The position numbers were made by a program, and so were the translations under genes. Under the pieces are notes generated by a model, which worked only from the letters and a program-made list of their open reading frames with translations, did not search any database and was not told the origin of the DNA. 64,000 nt of DNA from Eledone cirrhosa (Eukaryota): the NCBI GenBank assembly GCA_964016885.1, contig OZ024741.1, positions 109,864,001 to 109,928,000 of the forward strand, written 5' to 3'. Below, piece after piece: positions 1 through 11,943 of the stretch. Position 1 is the first letter of the stretch; the number at the start of each line of letters is the position of its first letter.

Positions 1-586
1 CTCTCTTTCTCTCTATCTACATCACCCCCCCCCCCTCCCACTCGCTTTCTCTTCCATTTTATTCAATCTTTCACTCTTTCTACTCTTCTGTCTTATATCT
101 CTCTGTTCCTCTTTCTTTATTTCTATCCCTCTCTCATTTTCCTTCTCTTTCTCCCCCTCCCCTCTCTTATTGTTATGCTACTCAACGCCTTTTACACCCC
201 ACACAGAAGTCTACAACCACCATCACCGCCTTAACCAGCCTCAACGTCACTACGTCCACTGCCATCACCACCACAGCCACAGCCACCACCAGAGGCACCA
301 CCATCACCGCCATCACCGTTACCAACATCACCATCACCAACAGACAATGTGGTCTATTGTTACAATATCGCTGTTCATTTTGGTCTTCGCTGTTGGTCAC
401 CTCGTTCACTTGATGTCTGTAATTGTTATTGATTGTACACACATAAACACACACACAGGCAGACACACACACATGTATATATGAATGTATGTGTGTATAT
501 ATATATATATTATTATTATTATTATTATATAATATATATATATGTGTGTGTGTGTGTGTGTCTATGTCGGTGTGTGTCTGTGTGTG

Positions 587-617
<31 letters not shown>

Positions 618-906
618 TCTATATATATAAAAGCGAGGATATGTGTGTGTCTGTGGACAACTTTGGACAGCTAAGGCTTTTAAAATTCCCAACCGAATTT
701 GACCAAATTTTCTGTGCACGTTGCACCTGTCGCTAAGGTGGTCACATCACAAGCATATTTCAAATCGACCCACATTGAGCAATAAAAAAACGATAGCAAA
801 ATTATCTTCTATATATATAAAAGCGAGGATGCGTGTGTGTCTGTGGATAACTTTGTATATTCTTAGCATAATTTCAAACCCCGGGCAACGCCGGGTAAAT
901 CTGCTA

Positions 907-907
<1 letters not shown>
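618..907 (+). mobile_element. Non-autonomous Helitron with duplicated 5' end
   Basis: 5' TC-TATATATATAAAAGCGAGGAT at 618 and again at 808; GC hairpin CCCGG-GCAACG-CCGGG about 880-896, then terminal CTAG (904-907) followed by T. Confidence 0.75.
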
Positions 908-945
<38 letters not shown>

Positions 946-947
<2 letters not shown>

Positions 948-1175
948 AACGAGTAGGACCCCGACGGCTGAGCTCAAGCCGTTTCGAGGGGCTAATTCTG
1001 GACTAGTTCTGGCTAATTCTGGACTAATTCTGGCTAATTAGTCCAGAATTAGCCGTCGAAACGGCTTGAGCTCAGCCGTCGGGTCCTACTCGTTCCTATT
1101 ACCCACTCTACTACCCTAAGTATTGAGTACTTTGGTGCGTTATGGTCCATCTGGTTCCGTACCACATTTCCTTCG

Positions 1176-1177
<2 letters not shown>
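946..1177 (+). mobile_element. Family-A fold-back mini-element carrying the 3' half of a hammerhead
   Basis: (TA)n on both sides; 946-986 is the reverse complement of 1057-1096; GAAAC-GGCTTGAGCTCAGCC-GTC at 1058-1080; homologous to copies at 4219, 4744, 5671, 29526 and 33686. Confidence 0.75.
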
Positions 1178-1230
<53 letters not shown>

Positions 1231-1299
1231 CACACAGAGAACTACACTCAAATAGATATATATCACAATATTACATATACACGTACATAGCAGTGTCAA

Positions 1300-1625
1300 T
1301 ACTGAATGGTTAAAAGGTTGGCTATGCAATCATTATGTCCAGGTTTAGGCCCCAAAGCGTAGACGCTTGAGGATGTGTCATATGTATTAGCTACGGGTCA
1401 AGCCATGCCTTATGATTGAAATTGGATTAACCAGAGCAGTTTGGAAGACCGTCAGATGGACTGGACCTATAATTCAAAGAGCCCACCTTGTCACACACTA
1501 TGTCATGCTGATTCATCCTGAGAATTATGTTTGAGGTACACGCGTCTGTGGAATCCAGAAACAAATTTCATGAGCAGACTGTAACGTTAATCGAACAACT
1601 GAAACACTCATCGTCGAATCCGAGG
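1300..1625 (+). mobile_element. Degenerate SINE-like repeat
   Basis: Decayed tRNA-like head (tggttaaaaggttggctatgcaatc); body ccttgtcacacactatgtcatgctgattc recurs inverted at about 22185-22275. Confidence 0.45.
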
Positions 1626-2176
1626 GTATTCCATCGATCGATCACTCTGAAGGATCAGCGTTTTGAAGCAATTCTTGACCAGCTTTGAAGTGCCCATACC
1701 ATTCAAAAACCTTTGTTCGACCAACAGTCGGACGAATCATTTCCAGGGTCTCAGTAACTCATTTACCGAGGTTAGTGTAAAGTTTGATGTACTTTGAAGA
1801 ATATGTCATCATAAATATCGCACACTCCACACTCCACACACTAGATGTATCACACACTACATACATCTACACTCTACATACAACACACCACGCACACACA
1901 CATTGAACACTGTCTCTCTCAGTTGCCTACGCATAAGAAATAATGTATTATGGGAACTGACAAACACATAGCGGCAATTCAAAAACAAAAACAAAAATAA
2001 TAATAAAATAGAAAAAAAAGAAAATATAGAAAATAATGAAATAAATAAATGGTATGGCAAGACATGGTCAGTGATTTCGACTTAACTATGAAACATCATT
2101 TAAAAGACTTGACCTGATAGTGGCATTAATTCAGCCATAACCTGGGCGAATACGGACCAAGGTTATTAGTTATACT

Positions 2177-2269
<93 letters not shown>

Positions 2270-2439
2270 ACACACACACAAAAACGCACATAAACACACA
2301 AGCACACACATTTGCACAACACAAATTTTGGTGTCAATTACAACACTCTCCGGTTCACCATGCATTTACAAAAAGGGCAATTACAGTGCACTGTATCACA
2401 CAACACAAACCTAAACCAGATAGGAAAATATTAGTGACA

Positions 2440-3300
2440 AACACACCTGTACTCTACAGGTAATTACAAAAAAGTGTAGCTGGGGCTTACTTGAAAATGT
2501 CTGCGGTACTTTCAATAAAATTTGATATATGCTTCTTTTATATAAATATTTTCTATCCCTGAAACAATTTTTTTCTTTCATAGTAACTTAACATATGTTA
2601 AAAGATTTAAAATTATGTAAGAAGGATTTTAATTTAAACAAGAACACCTTAAAATATGTAGTTTTGTTTCATAGAACCAGAGTGGGTTTTAGCTGGGTTC
2701 GTAATAAAAGAGTTAGTGTCTAAAATATAATTGTAGGTTCTGTGATTTTAAAAAGGTCTGTCTGAAGTCAGGCGGCTTATCTGGCCTATGCTTATCCCGG
2801 TCTCATTGGGGTTAAGCCAATGAGAGTAAAAGTATCCTTCATGGACAGGACACCAGTCCATCAGCTGGTGTTCATTTTCAGCCGAAAGTATTGGAACAAC
2901 GTGAAATGTGTTTTATTCAAGAGCACAATGCGGTACTAAACCCAAGAATCGAACCCATAACATTAGGATTTTTAGGAAATCGCATAGCTAGATAAGAAAT
3001 ATTTGTGATCTACATACCTGTACTCTATCAATGATTCTCAAAATGGAAAGTGAGGCTTACGTGAAAATGTTTAGGGTTATGTATGATAAGCTATTATAAA
3101 TAAAATCTAATATTTTAAGTAAAAAATTCCCTCCCTGAAACACGTTTTCTGTCTCATAGTAACTTAACATGTGTTCGAGGAATTTTAATGTAAACAAAAA
3201 CTCTTTAAATTATGTGATTTTGTTTCAGAGAACCAGAGCCAGTTTTGGCCGGGTTGGTATTAAAAATATCTAAAATATAGTAATAGGTTCCGTGATTTTT
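2440..3300. repeat. Diverged direct duplication (~300 bp) separated by a minus-strand SINE fragment
   Basis: 2440-2750 resembles 3010-3300 (cacctgtactcta, ggcttac.tgaaaatgt, ccctgaaaca, catagtaacttaacat, agaaccagag). Confidence 0.6.
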
Positions 3301-3629
3301 TTTTAGAAAATATAATATGTGCTGGTTTAGGCCTGGCTCGTATGAAATGAGATGATATCTCGAATATAGTTATAAGTTCTGAGGTTTTTAGAAAATCGTA
3401 TAAGAGCTTCTCGGTAAAATATGTTTGGAACTCACAGCTTACAGAATTACCCTGAAAAATAGACAATTAATGCTGGAAGCATTATTCATAACACCGCACA
3501 ATAACAAAAATAAATACATAAGAATACACACCTAGCGTAGAAATCTAACGGCCACAATTCAAATTGCAATAATAATGTCAACATTAAATACACTGGTTCT
3601 TCTTAACATTAAATAGAAAGCAATGAACT

Positions 3630-3960
3630 GGCAGAGTGGTAAGAACATGGGTTAGAATATTTTGTACCATTTGTTCCGCTCTGAATTCAAATCCCGCCGA
3701 GATCGACTTTGCTTTTCATTCTTTTGAGGTCGATTTTAAAAAGTGCCAGTCCAGTATAGGGGTTGATTCTTCCTCTATATCACATTCTCATATCCTCTTT
3801 ATCCTCCTCTCTCTCTCGTTCTCTAGAAGAAATCGACTGTATTCAGACCCAGAGAGCGGATGGGCTCTGCCATGTTTAAAATGGCCAATGCAATACCGTA
3901 TACTATAACGGCGCAGCCACAAATTCCCCAAGATTTACGAGTCCATAATACAATATAAAA
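3630..3960 (+). mobile_element. tRNA-derived SINE plus attached repeat segment
   Basis: ctgaattcaaatcccgccgag (B box) and gcttttcattc core; the segment 3770-3920 recurs at 29690-29820 (+) and 9775-9900 (-). Confidence 0.6.
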
Positions 3961-4218
3961 AGGCAGCATCACACGCTGATATCACTTTATTATGAAGATG
4001 GGCACGCGAAGGTCTAAAAACGTTGATGATTGATCCGAGGACTTTACTGTCCCAAATATACTGCAAGAAACTCACACACAAAGATGAAGAAAAGAGACTT
4101 CATATAAAAGATAAAACCAGAACAATCCTGTTATCAATGATACACACACACACGCTTACACACACTTATACGTGTTCACACATGTGTATGTATGTATATA
4201 TAAATATATATATATATA

Positions 4219-4404
4219 GGAACCAGTAAGACCCCGACGGCTGAGCTCAAGCCGTTTCGACGGCTAATTCTGGACTAAATCCGTCGAAACGGCTTGAGCT
4301 CAGCCGTCGGGGTCTTACTGGTTCCTATTACCCACTCTACTACCCTAAGTATTGAGTACTTTGGTGCGTTATGGTCCACCTGGTTCCTTACCACATTTCC
4401 TTCG

Positions 4405-4406
<2 letters not shown>
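4219..4406 (+). mobile_element. Family-A fold-back mini-element
   Basis: (TA)n-flanked; arms 4219-4263 and 4281-4326 are inverted copies around a 17-nt spacer; GAAAC...GTC half-hammerhead. Confidence 0.75.
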
Positions 4407-4460
<54 letters not shown>

Positions 4461-4510
4461 TAAAATAACAGATTAAAGTTTAAGCAAAGAATCGCTGCTT
4501 TCACCCTTAT

Positions 4511-4584
<74 letters not shown>

Positions 4585-4743
4585 ATATATATAAACATAT
4601 ATATATATATATAACATATATATATATAAACATATATATATATATAACATATATATATATATAAACATATATATAAACATATATATATATATATAACATA
4701 TATATATATAAACATATATATATATATAACATATATATATATA

Positions 4744-4832
4744 TAACAAAGGAATTGTGGTAAGGAACCAGATGGATCAGAACGCACCAGAGTACTCAAT
4801 ACTTAGGGTAGTAGAGTGGGAAATAGGAAAAA
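4744..4832 (-). mobile_element. Family-A 3' fragment
   Basis: Reverse complement of the family-A tail (cccactctactaccctaagtattgagtac...ttccttaccaca). Confidence 0.7.
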
Positions 4833-4840
4833 GTATACTT

Positions 4841-4877
<37 letters not shown>

Positions 4878-4879
<2 letters not shown>

Positions 4880-5545
4880 ACTTATTTTAGTTATTATTGC
4901 ACCGACGTGAGGTATATGATTTTTAATGCAATGAAATATCTATGATCGTCGGCAAATCACTGATGAGGGACTCATTTTATTACATGTTATCCATGCGCTA
5001 CCTGCAGTATTTTTTTCCATATTTTATTACATATATTTACCCAAACTGCGATTCTGTGTTTTTCTCTCTCTCTCTTACTGCTCCCCCATTCTCTCTGTTT
5101 CTCCTACTTTCTTTCGCCCCCTCTGTCATGTCAGTTAACTCTTCCTCACACTTTCACTCACTCACTGTTTCTCCTCTCTTCACTTCATCCCGTACACCAC
5201 GAAAGCTATATTTTTCTCTCTTCTCACATGGCCCTCGTTCGTGTAAGGTCTTTTTTCTAAAATGCTCATATATTCACCTAGCTTATGCTAAACAGAATAA
5301 TTATGAAGCTTGTTTCATTCCCCTACGGTTAGCTATACTCTTTGTTGTTCTCCTGTCTCACTCGCTTTACGCGTTTTAATTGTCCTAATAACTTATTTTA
5401 GCTATTATTGCACCGACGTGAGGTATATGATTTTTAATGCAATGAAATATCTATGATCGTCGGCAAATCACTGATGAGGGACTCATTTTATTACATGTTA
5501 TCCATGCGCTACCTGCAGTATTTTTCTCCATATTTTATTACATAT
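4878..5545 (+). mobile_element. Non-coding element with ~155-bp direct terminal repeats (pseudo-LTR-like)
   Basis: 4878-5035 nearly identical to 5388-5545; pyrimidine-rich interior; (TA)n flanks; degenerate hammerhead motifs; homologue at 52830-53240. Confidence 0.65.
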
Positions 5546-5569
5546 ATTTATATATATATATATATACAC

Positions 5570-5668
<99 letters not shown>

Positions 5669-5670
5669 GA

Positions 5671-5870
5671 AATAGCTGTCGAAACGGCTTGAGCTCTGCC
5701 GTCGGGGTCTTGAACATTTTCCTATATATATAGGAAAAGAGTCTGGACCCCGACGGCTGAGCTCCGGCCGTTTCGTCGGGGTCCTGACTCTTTTCCTATT
5801 ACCTCTACCCACTCTACTACCCTAAGTATCGTTATGATCCACCTGGTTCCTTACCACACTTCCTTCGTTT
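5671..5870 (+). mobile_element. Rearranged family-A mini-element(s)
   Basis: GAAACGGCTTGAGCTCTGCCGTC at 5681-5703, a short (TA)n, an inverted arm, then the sense tail. Confidence 0.7.
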
Positions 5871-6044
5871 GGCAGAATCGGTAGAGGGTCGGACGCCATG
5901 CTTTCCAGCATAGTTACGTCCCGTTACGGTCTGAGTTCAAATCCCGCCGAGGTTAACTTTGCTTTTCATCCTTACGGGGTCGATAAAATAAAGTACCAGT
6001 AATAAACTGGGTAATTGCTGGCCTTGTGCCCAAAGTAGAAACAA
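5868..6044 (+). mobile_element. tRNA-derived SINE (Deu/Nin-like core)
   Basis: A box tggcagaatcggt, B box gagttcaaatccc, core gcttttcatccttacggggtcgataaaataaagtaccag, tail gctggccttgtgcccaaagtagaaac. Confidence 0.8.
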
Positions 6045-6094
6045 ATATATATATGCATATATGTCTATGCGTGTGTATCTATGTTTGTGTGTGC

Positions 6095-6144
<50 letters not shown>

Positions 6145-6160
6145 TCAATAATGAGGGGCA

Positions 6161-6233
<73 letters not shown>

Positions 6234-6920
6234 AAAGTATGCATGTATGTGTATATGCAGATAAAAAAAAGTAGAGTATTACTTAATTGAGTGAATCAGT
6301 ATTTGTGTGTCTTTGTGTGTGTATGTATATGTATAATTGCCTGTAAATCTGTATGCGTGCGTGTGTGTGTGCATATGAGAGTATGTGTGAACGTTTGTAT
6401 TATGTGTGTGTGCGTGCAAGCCTGTGTCTAAGTGCATGTGTATGTGGAGGGGTTGTGTGTGCGTGCGCGCGCCCGCGCATTAAAGTATATCCACCTTAAA
6501 GTAGAGTCTGACAGTAAAAATACGTGCCGGCTGTTGTGAGCACACGCCTGGCGCCATCTGTCGGTCAAAAGCGTCAGTAATGTCATAGAGACTGATTGAG
6601 TCCAGTTTGGGACCGTCACCAACCCTGTAGACAATGGGTCTAAGAAAAGGGAATTGCGTGTCAGGGAAGAATAGTTCCGTAACTAATGGTGGTGGTGGTG
6701 TTGATTGTGATGGTGATAATAGAGATGGTTGTGATGGTGGTGGCGATGATGGTGTGGGGGGGATGCGTTGTGATTCACATAGAAAGTGTGATGGGGTTAG
6801 AAGAATAAAGTGTTCTTGGCGGGTGGGTGGGACAGTTGAGGGAATAAAGTAGGATAAAGATTGAATAAATATTTATATGTTTGTGACTGTGTATCTAATC
6901 ATGTATATATATATATATAC

Positions 6921-6959
<39 letters not shown>

Positions 6960-7023
6960 CATTGGTATAAGATAGATAGATGGTTGATTGGTTGGTGTGA
7001 ATAAAATATGTATGCGATGCTAA

Positions 7024-7061
<38 letters not shown>

Positions 7062-7109
7062 ATTGTGTGTGTGCATGTGTGTGTGCATGTGTGTGTATAT
7101 GTATGTATA

Positions 7110-7184
<75 letters not shown>

Positions 7185-7235
7185 ATATATATTTCGTTTC
7201 TGAATTTGAATTGGCAACATGACCCTCCCAAAGTA

Positions 7236-7273
<38 letters not shown>

Positions 7274-7408
7274 GTTAAACAAGGTTCAATGAATAAATCA
7301 AAGAATCAGTTTTACAATAGATTGGAAGCACTCCACGGATTGGTTTTTTCGGAGTTATTAATATTAATTCAAAATATTAACAAAAATAGACATTCGTGTG
7401 ATCAAGTA

Positions 7409-7475
7409 TATTTTATTATACATATTTCAGAGGTACTGAGCTATCTTCAACAGTACGTCCTCATCAGATAAAATA
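7409..7475 (-). ncRNA. Type-I hammerhead ribozyme
   Basis: Minus strand reads UAUUUUAU-CUGAUGA-helix II (GUACUG/CAGUAC)-GAAAU-AUGU-AUA^-AUAAAAUA; helix I is 8 perfect pairs. Confidence 0.75.
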
Positions 7476-7530
7476 CTACCATGACTGAATCTTAACCATC
7501 TATTAAGTCAGGGTATGTCATACATCATCT

Positions 7531-7598
7531 TATTTTATCTGATGAGGACGTACTGTTGAAGATAGCTCAGTACCTTTGAAATATGTATAATAAAAATA
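7531..7598 (+). ncRNA. Type-I hammerhead ribozyme (inverted copy)
   Basis: TATTTTAT-CTGATGA(7539-7545)...GAAAT(7578)-ATGT-ATA-ATAAAAATA. Confidence 0.7.
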
Positions 7599-7638
7599 CT
7601 TGATCACACGAACGTCTATTTTTGTTAATATTTTGAAT

Positions 7639-7671
<33 letters not shown>

Positions 7672-8689
7672 TACACACGATGTCCATGAATTTATTTTAC
7701 AATATCCACTGTTTATAGTATCTGTTAAAGTTGAGAACCATCAAGGCACTTCTTTGCATATTAAAGAAATATAATTAAAGTTTTAATGTATGAATTTTAT
7801 TTTAATATTTTTAATTCTCTTTCATTTGTATTTTCAAGTAGTTTGTAAAAGTGCTTAATATTGATCCCTGACAACACCATATGAGTAAGATAATTTTTAT
7901 ATATCATGTGCAGTTTTACGTGCTTGCGCATGTGGCATGTATGTGTATATGTATGTATATATGTATGTTTGTGTTAGATTTATATGTAACTATATTAACT
8001 CACAATAATTGGTTAGGATTGTATAATATTTTTAAATATGTGTTTCGGATTGATTCGAGAAAACCGACACAATGAAAGTTAGAAATTCAAGAACGAAAAC
8101 TAGAAATAAAAATAGATAAAACAACTTTTACTTTCTGTTTTATGATACTTCAAGTTTAGGGCCATTAATTCAAAAGATAGGAAATGAAATGTCTAACTTG
8201 CATTGTATCAGATTTCCAAAAGCAATACTTACTATATATCTAATTGTTTAATTTATATTATTGTTCGTTTTTATTGTATTTTTCCTAAAATAAAAGTATT
8301 TTTCGTTCACCATCGGTAACTATATGGTGCAAAGTAGAAAAATATCCATATCATGTTAATGATTAGTTTCATATATGTATCTTTTTCTCATTATCATTAT
8401 TTCTTCAAAAATACATGAAGTGTAGACTAACATAGCAGACTTGTTATGGAGTAGATAAAAGAAGGCATGCACAGCAGTAGAAATCAGTAGCCCGCAAGAT
8501 ATTAAAGATTAATGAAAAAGAGAACATCTATCTCGAACTAATGAGGAACCTGCAGATAGACCAATCGTACTATACCTTTAGAGTTGTACATTTGTATTTG
8601 TGATTGAGAAACTTGGATATGTTACTAACTGCCTCAGCACAAATTTCGAGAAGCTGGGTTTCATAAAACCAGAAATAACACGGGTAATT

Positions 8690-8875
8690 AGGAAACTTCT
8701 GGTGTCCTCGGCCCCAGGGCTACCTCCCTACTCACCACCATAGGTCCTGAGCTGGCTAGCCGCAGGTCTGAACCCCGCGAGTTGGAGTGACTTTTCCAAC
8801 GCGTCTCCCTTGCCGTCCTCCGCGGGAACGCCTTGTCCATCCTGTCCGCCGGGGCTGTGGGGGAGGCCCCATCGC
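8690..8875 (+). mobile_element. CRE-type non-LTR retrotransposon 3' fragment
   Basis: Translates ETSGVLGPRATSLLTTIG...LFQRVSLAVLRGNALSIL; homologous to 47983-48160. Confidence 0.7.
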
Positions 8876-8999
8876 GTAACATTCCATATTTAGGTATCCG
8901 AAGCACAAAACTTTATTAAACGCTAGCCATTGTTGATGGCAAAATATTAAAAATTTTTGGACAGTTTTTCAAATTAAATTTTCGCCTCTGTGGGGGCGA

Positions 9000-9775
9000 A
9001 AAATGAGATTGCCTGGTGGTTAATCTGCAATCAGTTTATTGGTTTATAGAAACTAAATGAAACGCTCAGGTTTAGCGGAATTACCTTATAAAGTATGTCG
9101 GGAAAAACCAACGTGACGTTCTGGTGTCCGTGCCTGGCATAAGATGTTTATAAAAACAGAAAGAGTCTTACAGAAAACAGAGGCTGGGTGACCGAGGACA
9201 TCTGTTTAAGACGTTGAACAAATTCGTGCAGCACTACACCGTAGTCCTACTTAGTCCATTCTTACAGCACTTAGACAGTTAAGTTTACTATGATCAACAG
9301 TTCACAAAGTTATGCACAAGAACTTGAAGCTTTATGCCTATAAAGTGCAACTTTTGCAAGCTCTTCAGCCAGATGGCAAAATTTGCGTTGGACATACTAG
9401 CTCAATTAGATGAAGATGGAGGCTTCCTTCAAAAGATTTTTTTTATTCATGAAGTATCATTTCATACGCCAGGAAAAATAAATTAACACAACATCAGGAT
9501 CTAGGTTTTGGAAAACCCATATGAAAGAAGAAAATAGGAGAGAAATAGCTCAATGTTTGGGGCGGTCTCATATTTAATCGAGTGATTTTTCTTTGAAGAA
9601 GTAAGGATTACTACATGTATATTGAAATTTTATTTTCAAGAATTTGTTGAACGGCAGTTGCACAAGTTACAAATAACAGTTATTTTCTAGCAAGATTAAG
9701 GGTTGACTGTTCGTGAATTTCTTGAAACTTTTTTCAAATTGGTGGATTGAAAAAGGTGGTCCAATTCTGTGACTT
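9000..9775 (+). mobile_element. Decayed Tc1/mariner transposase
   Basis: Broken frames read STVHKVMHKNLKLYAYKVQLLQAL, FLQKIFFIHEVSFH...HNIRI..ENP, F*QD and VREFL...GGPIL; many stops. Confidence 0.65.
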
Positions 9776-9899
9776 GGGCATTTTAAACTTGGTAGAGCTA
9801 ATCCCCTCTCTAACTCTGAAAAAAAAGCCAATTTCTTCCAGAGTAGGAAAGAGAGAGTCTGTATGTATCAGAGAAGTGAGAAAGTGATATAGAGGAAGA

Positions 9900-10050
9900 A
9901 TCGACCCTTGTACTGGGTTGTTAAATCTGTTTTGACCTCAAAAGAATAAAAGGCAAAGCTTATCTCGGTGAGATTTAAAATCAGAGCACAAAAAACCGGA
10001 ACGAATACCGCTAAGCCTTCCAATCTAACGACTGTTAATTCGACGACCTA
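9900..10050 (-). mobile_element. Degenerate tRNA-derived SINE
   Basis: Reverse complement of the SINE core (aaaggcaaag...ctcggtgagattt). Confidence 0.6.
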
Positions 10051-10314
10051 GCTGGATACAATAGTGACAAAATGTTCTGGAAGTATTGTGCAGCAATTTG
10101 TTTGGCGATCTGCTTGGATCACTAGCTTACATTTAGTGCTATTTGTTAATCACCTGAAAACGTCCCTAGTTTTATGATACAAAGCTGTTTATTTTAATGT
10201 GTTTATATTCACCTTATAGCATTTCAACGTAATTTTAAATAAGAACCTTTGTTAAGTTATGCTTCAAACACTAGGTTAATAATGAGAAACTTAGTTATAT
10301 AACTGTGAAAGCCT

Positions 10315-10595
10315 GTGGCTTAGTGAGTTGGATACACAGTCATGAAGTTGGGAGTACGATTCCAAGACCGGGCGATGCGTTGTGTCCTTGAGCAAGACAC
10401 TTATTTCACGTTGCTACAGTTCACTCAACTGTAAAAATAAGGTCCAACGTCACTGGTGCCAAACTCTATCGATCTTTGCTTTTCCCTTGGACGACATTTG
10501 TGGCATGGAGAGAGAAGACAGGTGGTCTTCCACAAAAATAAATTGTCCGGACTTGGGCCTTGGCGTTAACTTTCTAGATGCAAAAACCATGGTCA
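10315..10595 (+). mobile_element. Second SINE family
   Basis: gtggcttagtg head, ttgtgtccttgagcaagacactt core; inverted homologue at 44830-45060. Confidence 0.65.
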
Positions 10596-10699
10596 TTAGT
10601 TATATTGTTAATGACCTTCACATTTTTAATTACTTTGAAAACAATTTGAATAATATAGTCAATGATTTTCATTAGAAATATGGTAACAAAACTGTCAAG

Positions 10700-11131
10700 T
10701 ATTGTTGAATATATTTTACATGTGTGAAAAGCGGGGAAAGGTAACCGAAGGTTGCTCTGATGTCGATGGTAGTTCCTACAGAAGGTTTTTGTTGTTGTTA
10801 AGACAAACATGCATTTTCTATGTTAGGTTTATGTTTACTCGGAGATCAGGAAATCGTTCCAGATAAAGTGGCTACTTTTGCGCATCCAGAGATCGCAGCT
10901 CCGATACTAGAGACATGTGGTTAGAATGCCTAAGGAGAGAATCACTGGACAGATTCTACGGGCAAAGCCAATCACCAGGACAACAAGAGGTAGATCACGA
11001 GCATGATGGTTGGATAACATTCATGAGCTAGTTTGTCTCGGTAAAGAGTACAACCGAATAATTTGGAGACGGATGCTTCCGATAGGACACAAAGATAGAA
11101 GAAGAAGAAGAAGAAGAAGAAGAAGAAGAAG

Positions 11132-11161
<30 letters not shown>
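10700..11161 (+). mobile_element. RTE LINE 3' end with (GAA)n tail
   Basis: LRIQRSQLRY.RHVVRMPKERITGQIL...RGRSRA.WLDNI followed by (GAA)n; same family as 24565-26060 and 58405-58900. Confidence 0.7.
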
Positions 11162-11162
<1 letters not shown>

Positions 11163-11305
11163 GGTTGGAGGAGGGGGAAGAAAAGTTTTGTAGTGGTAGT
11201 GGTGCAATTGTTGATGTTGGTGCTGCTGTTGTTGTTGTTGCTGTTACTGTAGTAGTTGTTGAATCTATTGTTTTTGCTGCTGTTGCTATTATTGTATCTG
11301 TTGGT

Positions 11306-11520
11306 AGGGCGGTGGATTGGCAATATCGGTAGAGTCGGACACCATGCTTGGCAGCATAGAGTTACGGCCCCTTACGGTCTGAGTTCAAATCCCGCCGAGC
11401 TTAACTTTGCCTTCCATCCTTACGAGGTCAATAAAATAAAGCACAAGTAACGCACTGGGGTCGATTTAATCGACTTTCCCCTCCCCCCAAATTGCTGGCC
11501 TTGTGCCTATACTAGAAATC
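11306..11520 (+). mobile_element. tRNA-derived SINE, full length
   Basis: ggcggtggattggcaatatcggtagag head, B box, core and tail all present. Confidence 0.8.
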
Positions 11521-11910
11521 ATTATTGTAGCTGTTGGTAGTTGTTGTTACTGTTGTTACTGTTGGTGGGTTTTGTCATTGTTGTTAGCGATATCAATGTC
11601 GCTGTTGTAGATTATTCTGATGTTTTAGTTGTTGTTGATGTTATTTCAGCTGTTGTTGTGGTTTGTCATTGTTATTTAAACTGTTTTTATTACTATTGTT
11701 ATTATTATTTAAACTGTTGTTGTTGCTGTTATTGTTATTCCAACTGTTGTTGTTGTTGTCGTTCGTGTTATTTCAGCTGTTGTTGTGTGTATTACTATTA
11801 TTATTATTATTATTGCAGCTGTTATCTCAGTGGTATTTTTAACACTTATTTCTACTGTAATTGTTGTTGTTGCTGGTATTGTTGTTGTTGCTGTTGTTGT
11901 TGTTGCTGGT

Positions 11911-11943
<33 letters not shown>

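Larger units (their letters stand above)
7272..7640 (-). mobile_element. PLE pseudo-LTR-type cassette with an inverted terminal segment
   Basis: (TA)n-flanked; 7366-7475 and 7531-7639 are inverted repeats, each containing a hammerhead. Confidence 0.7.
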
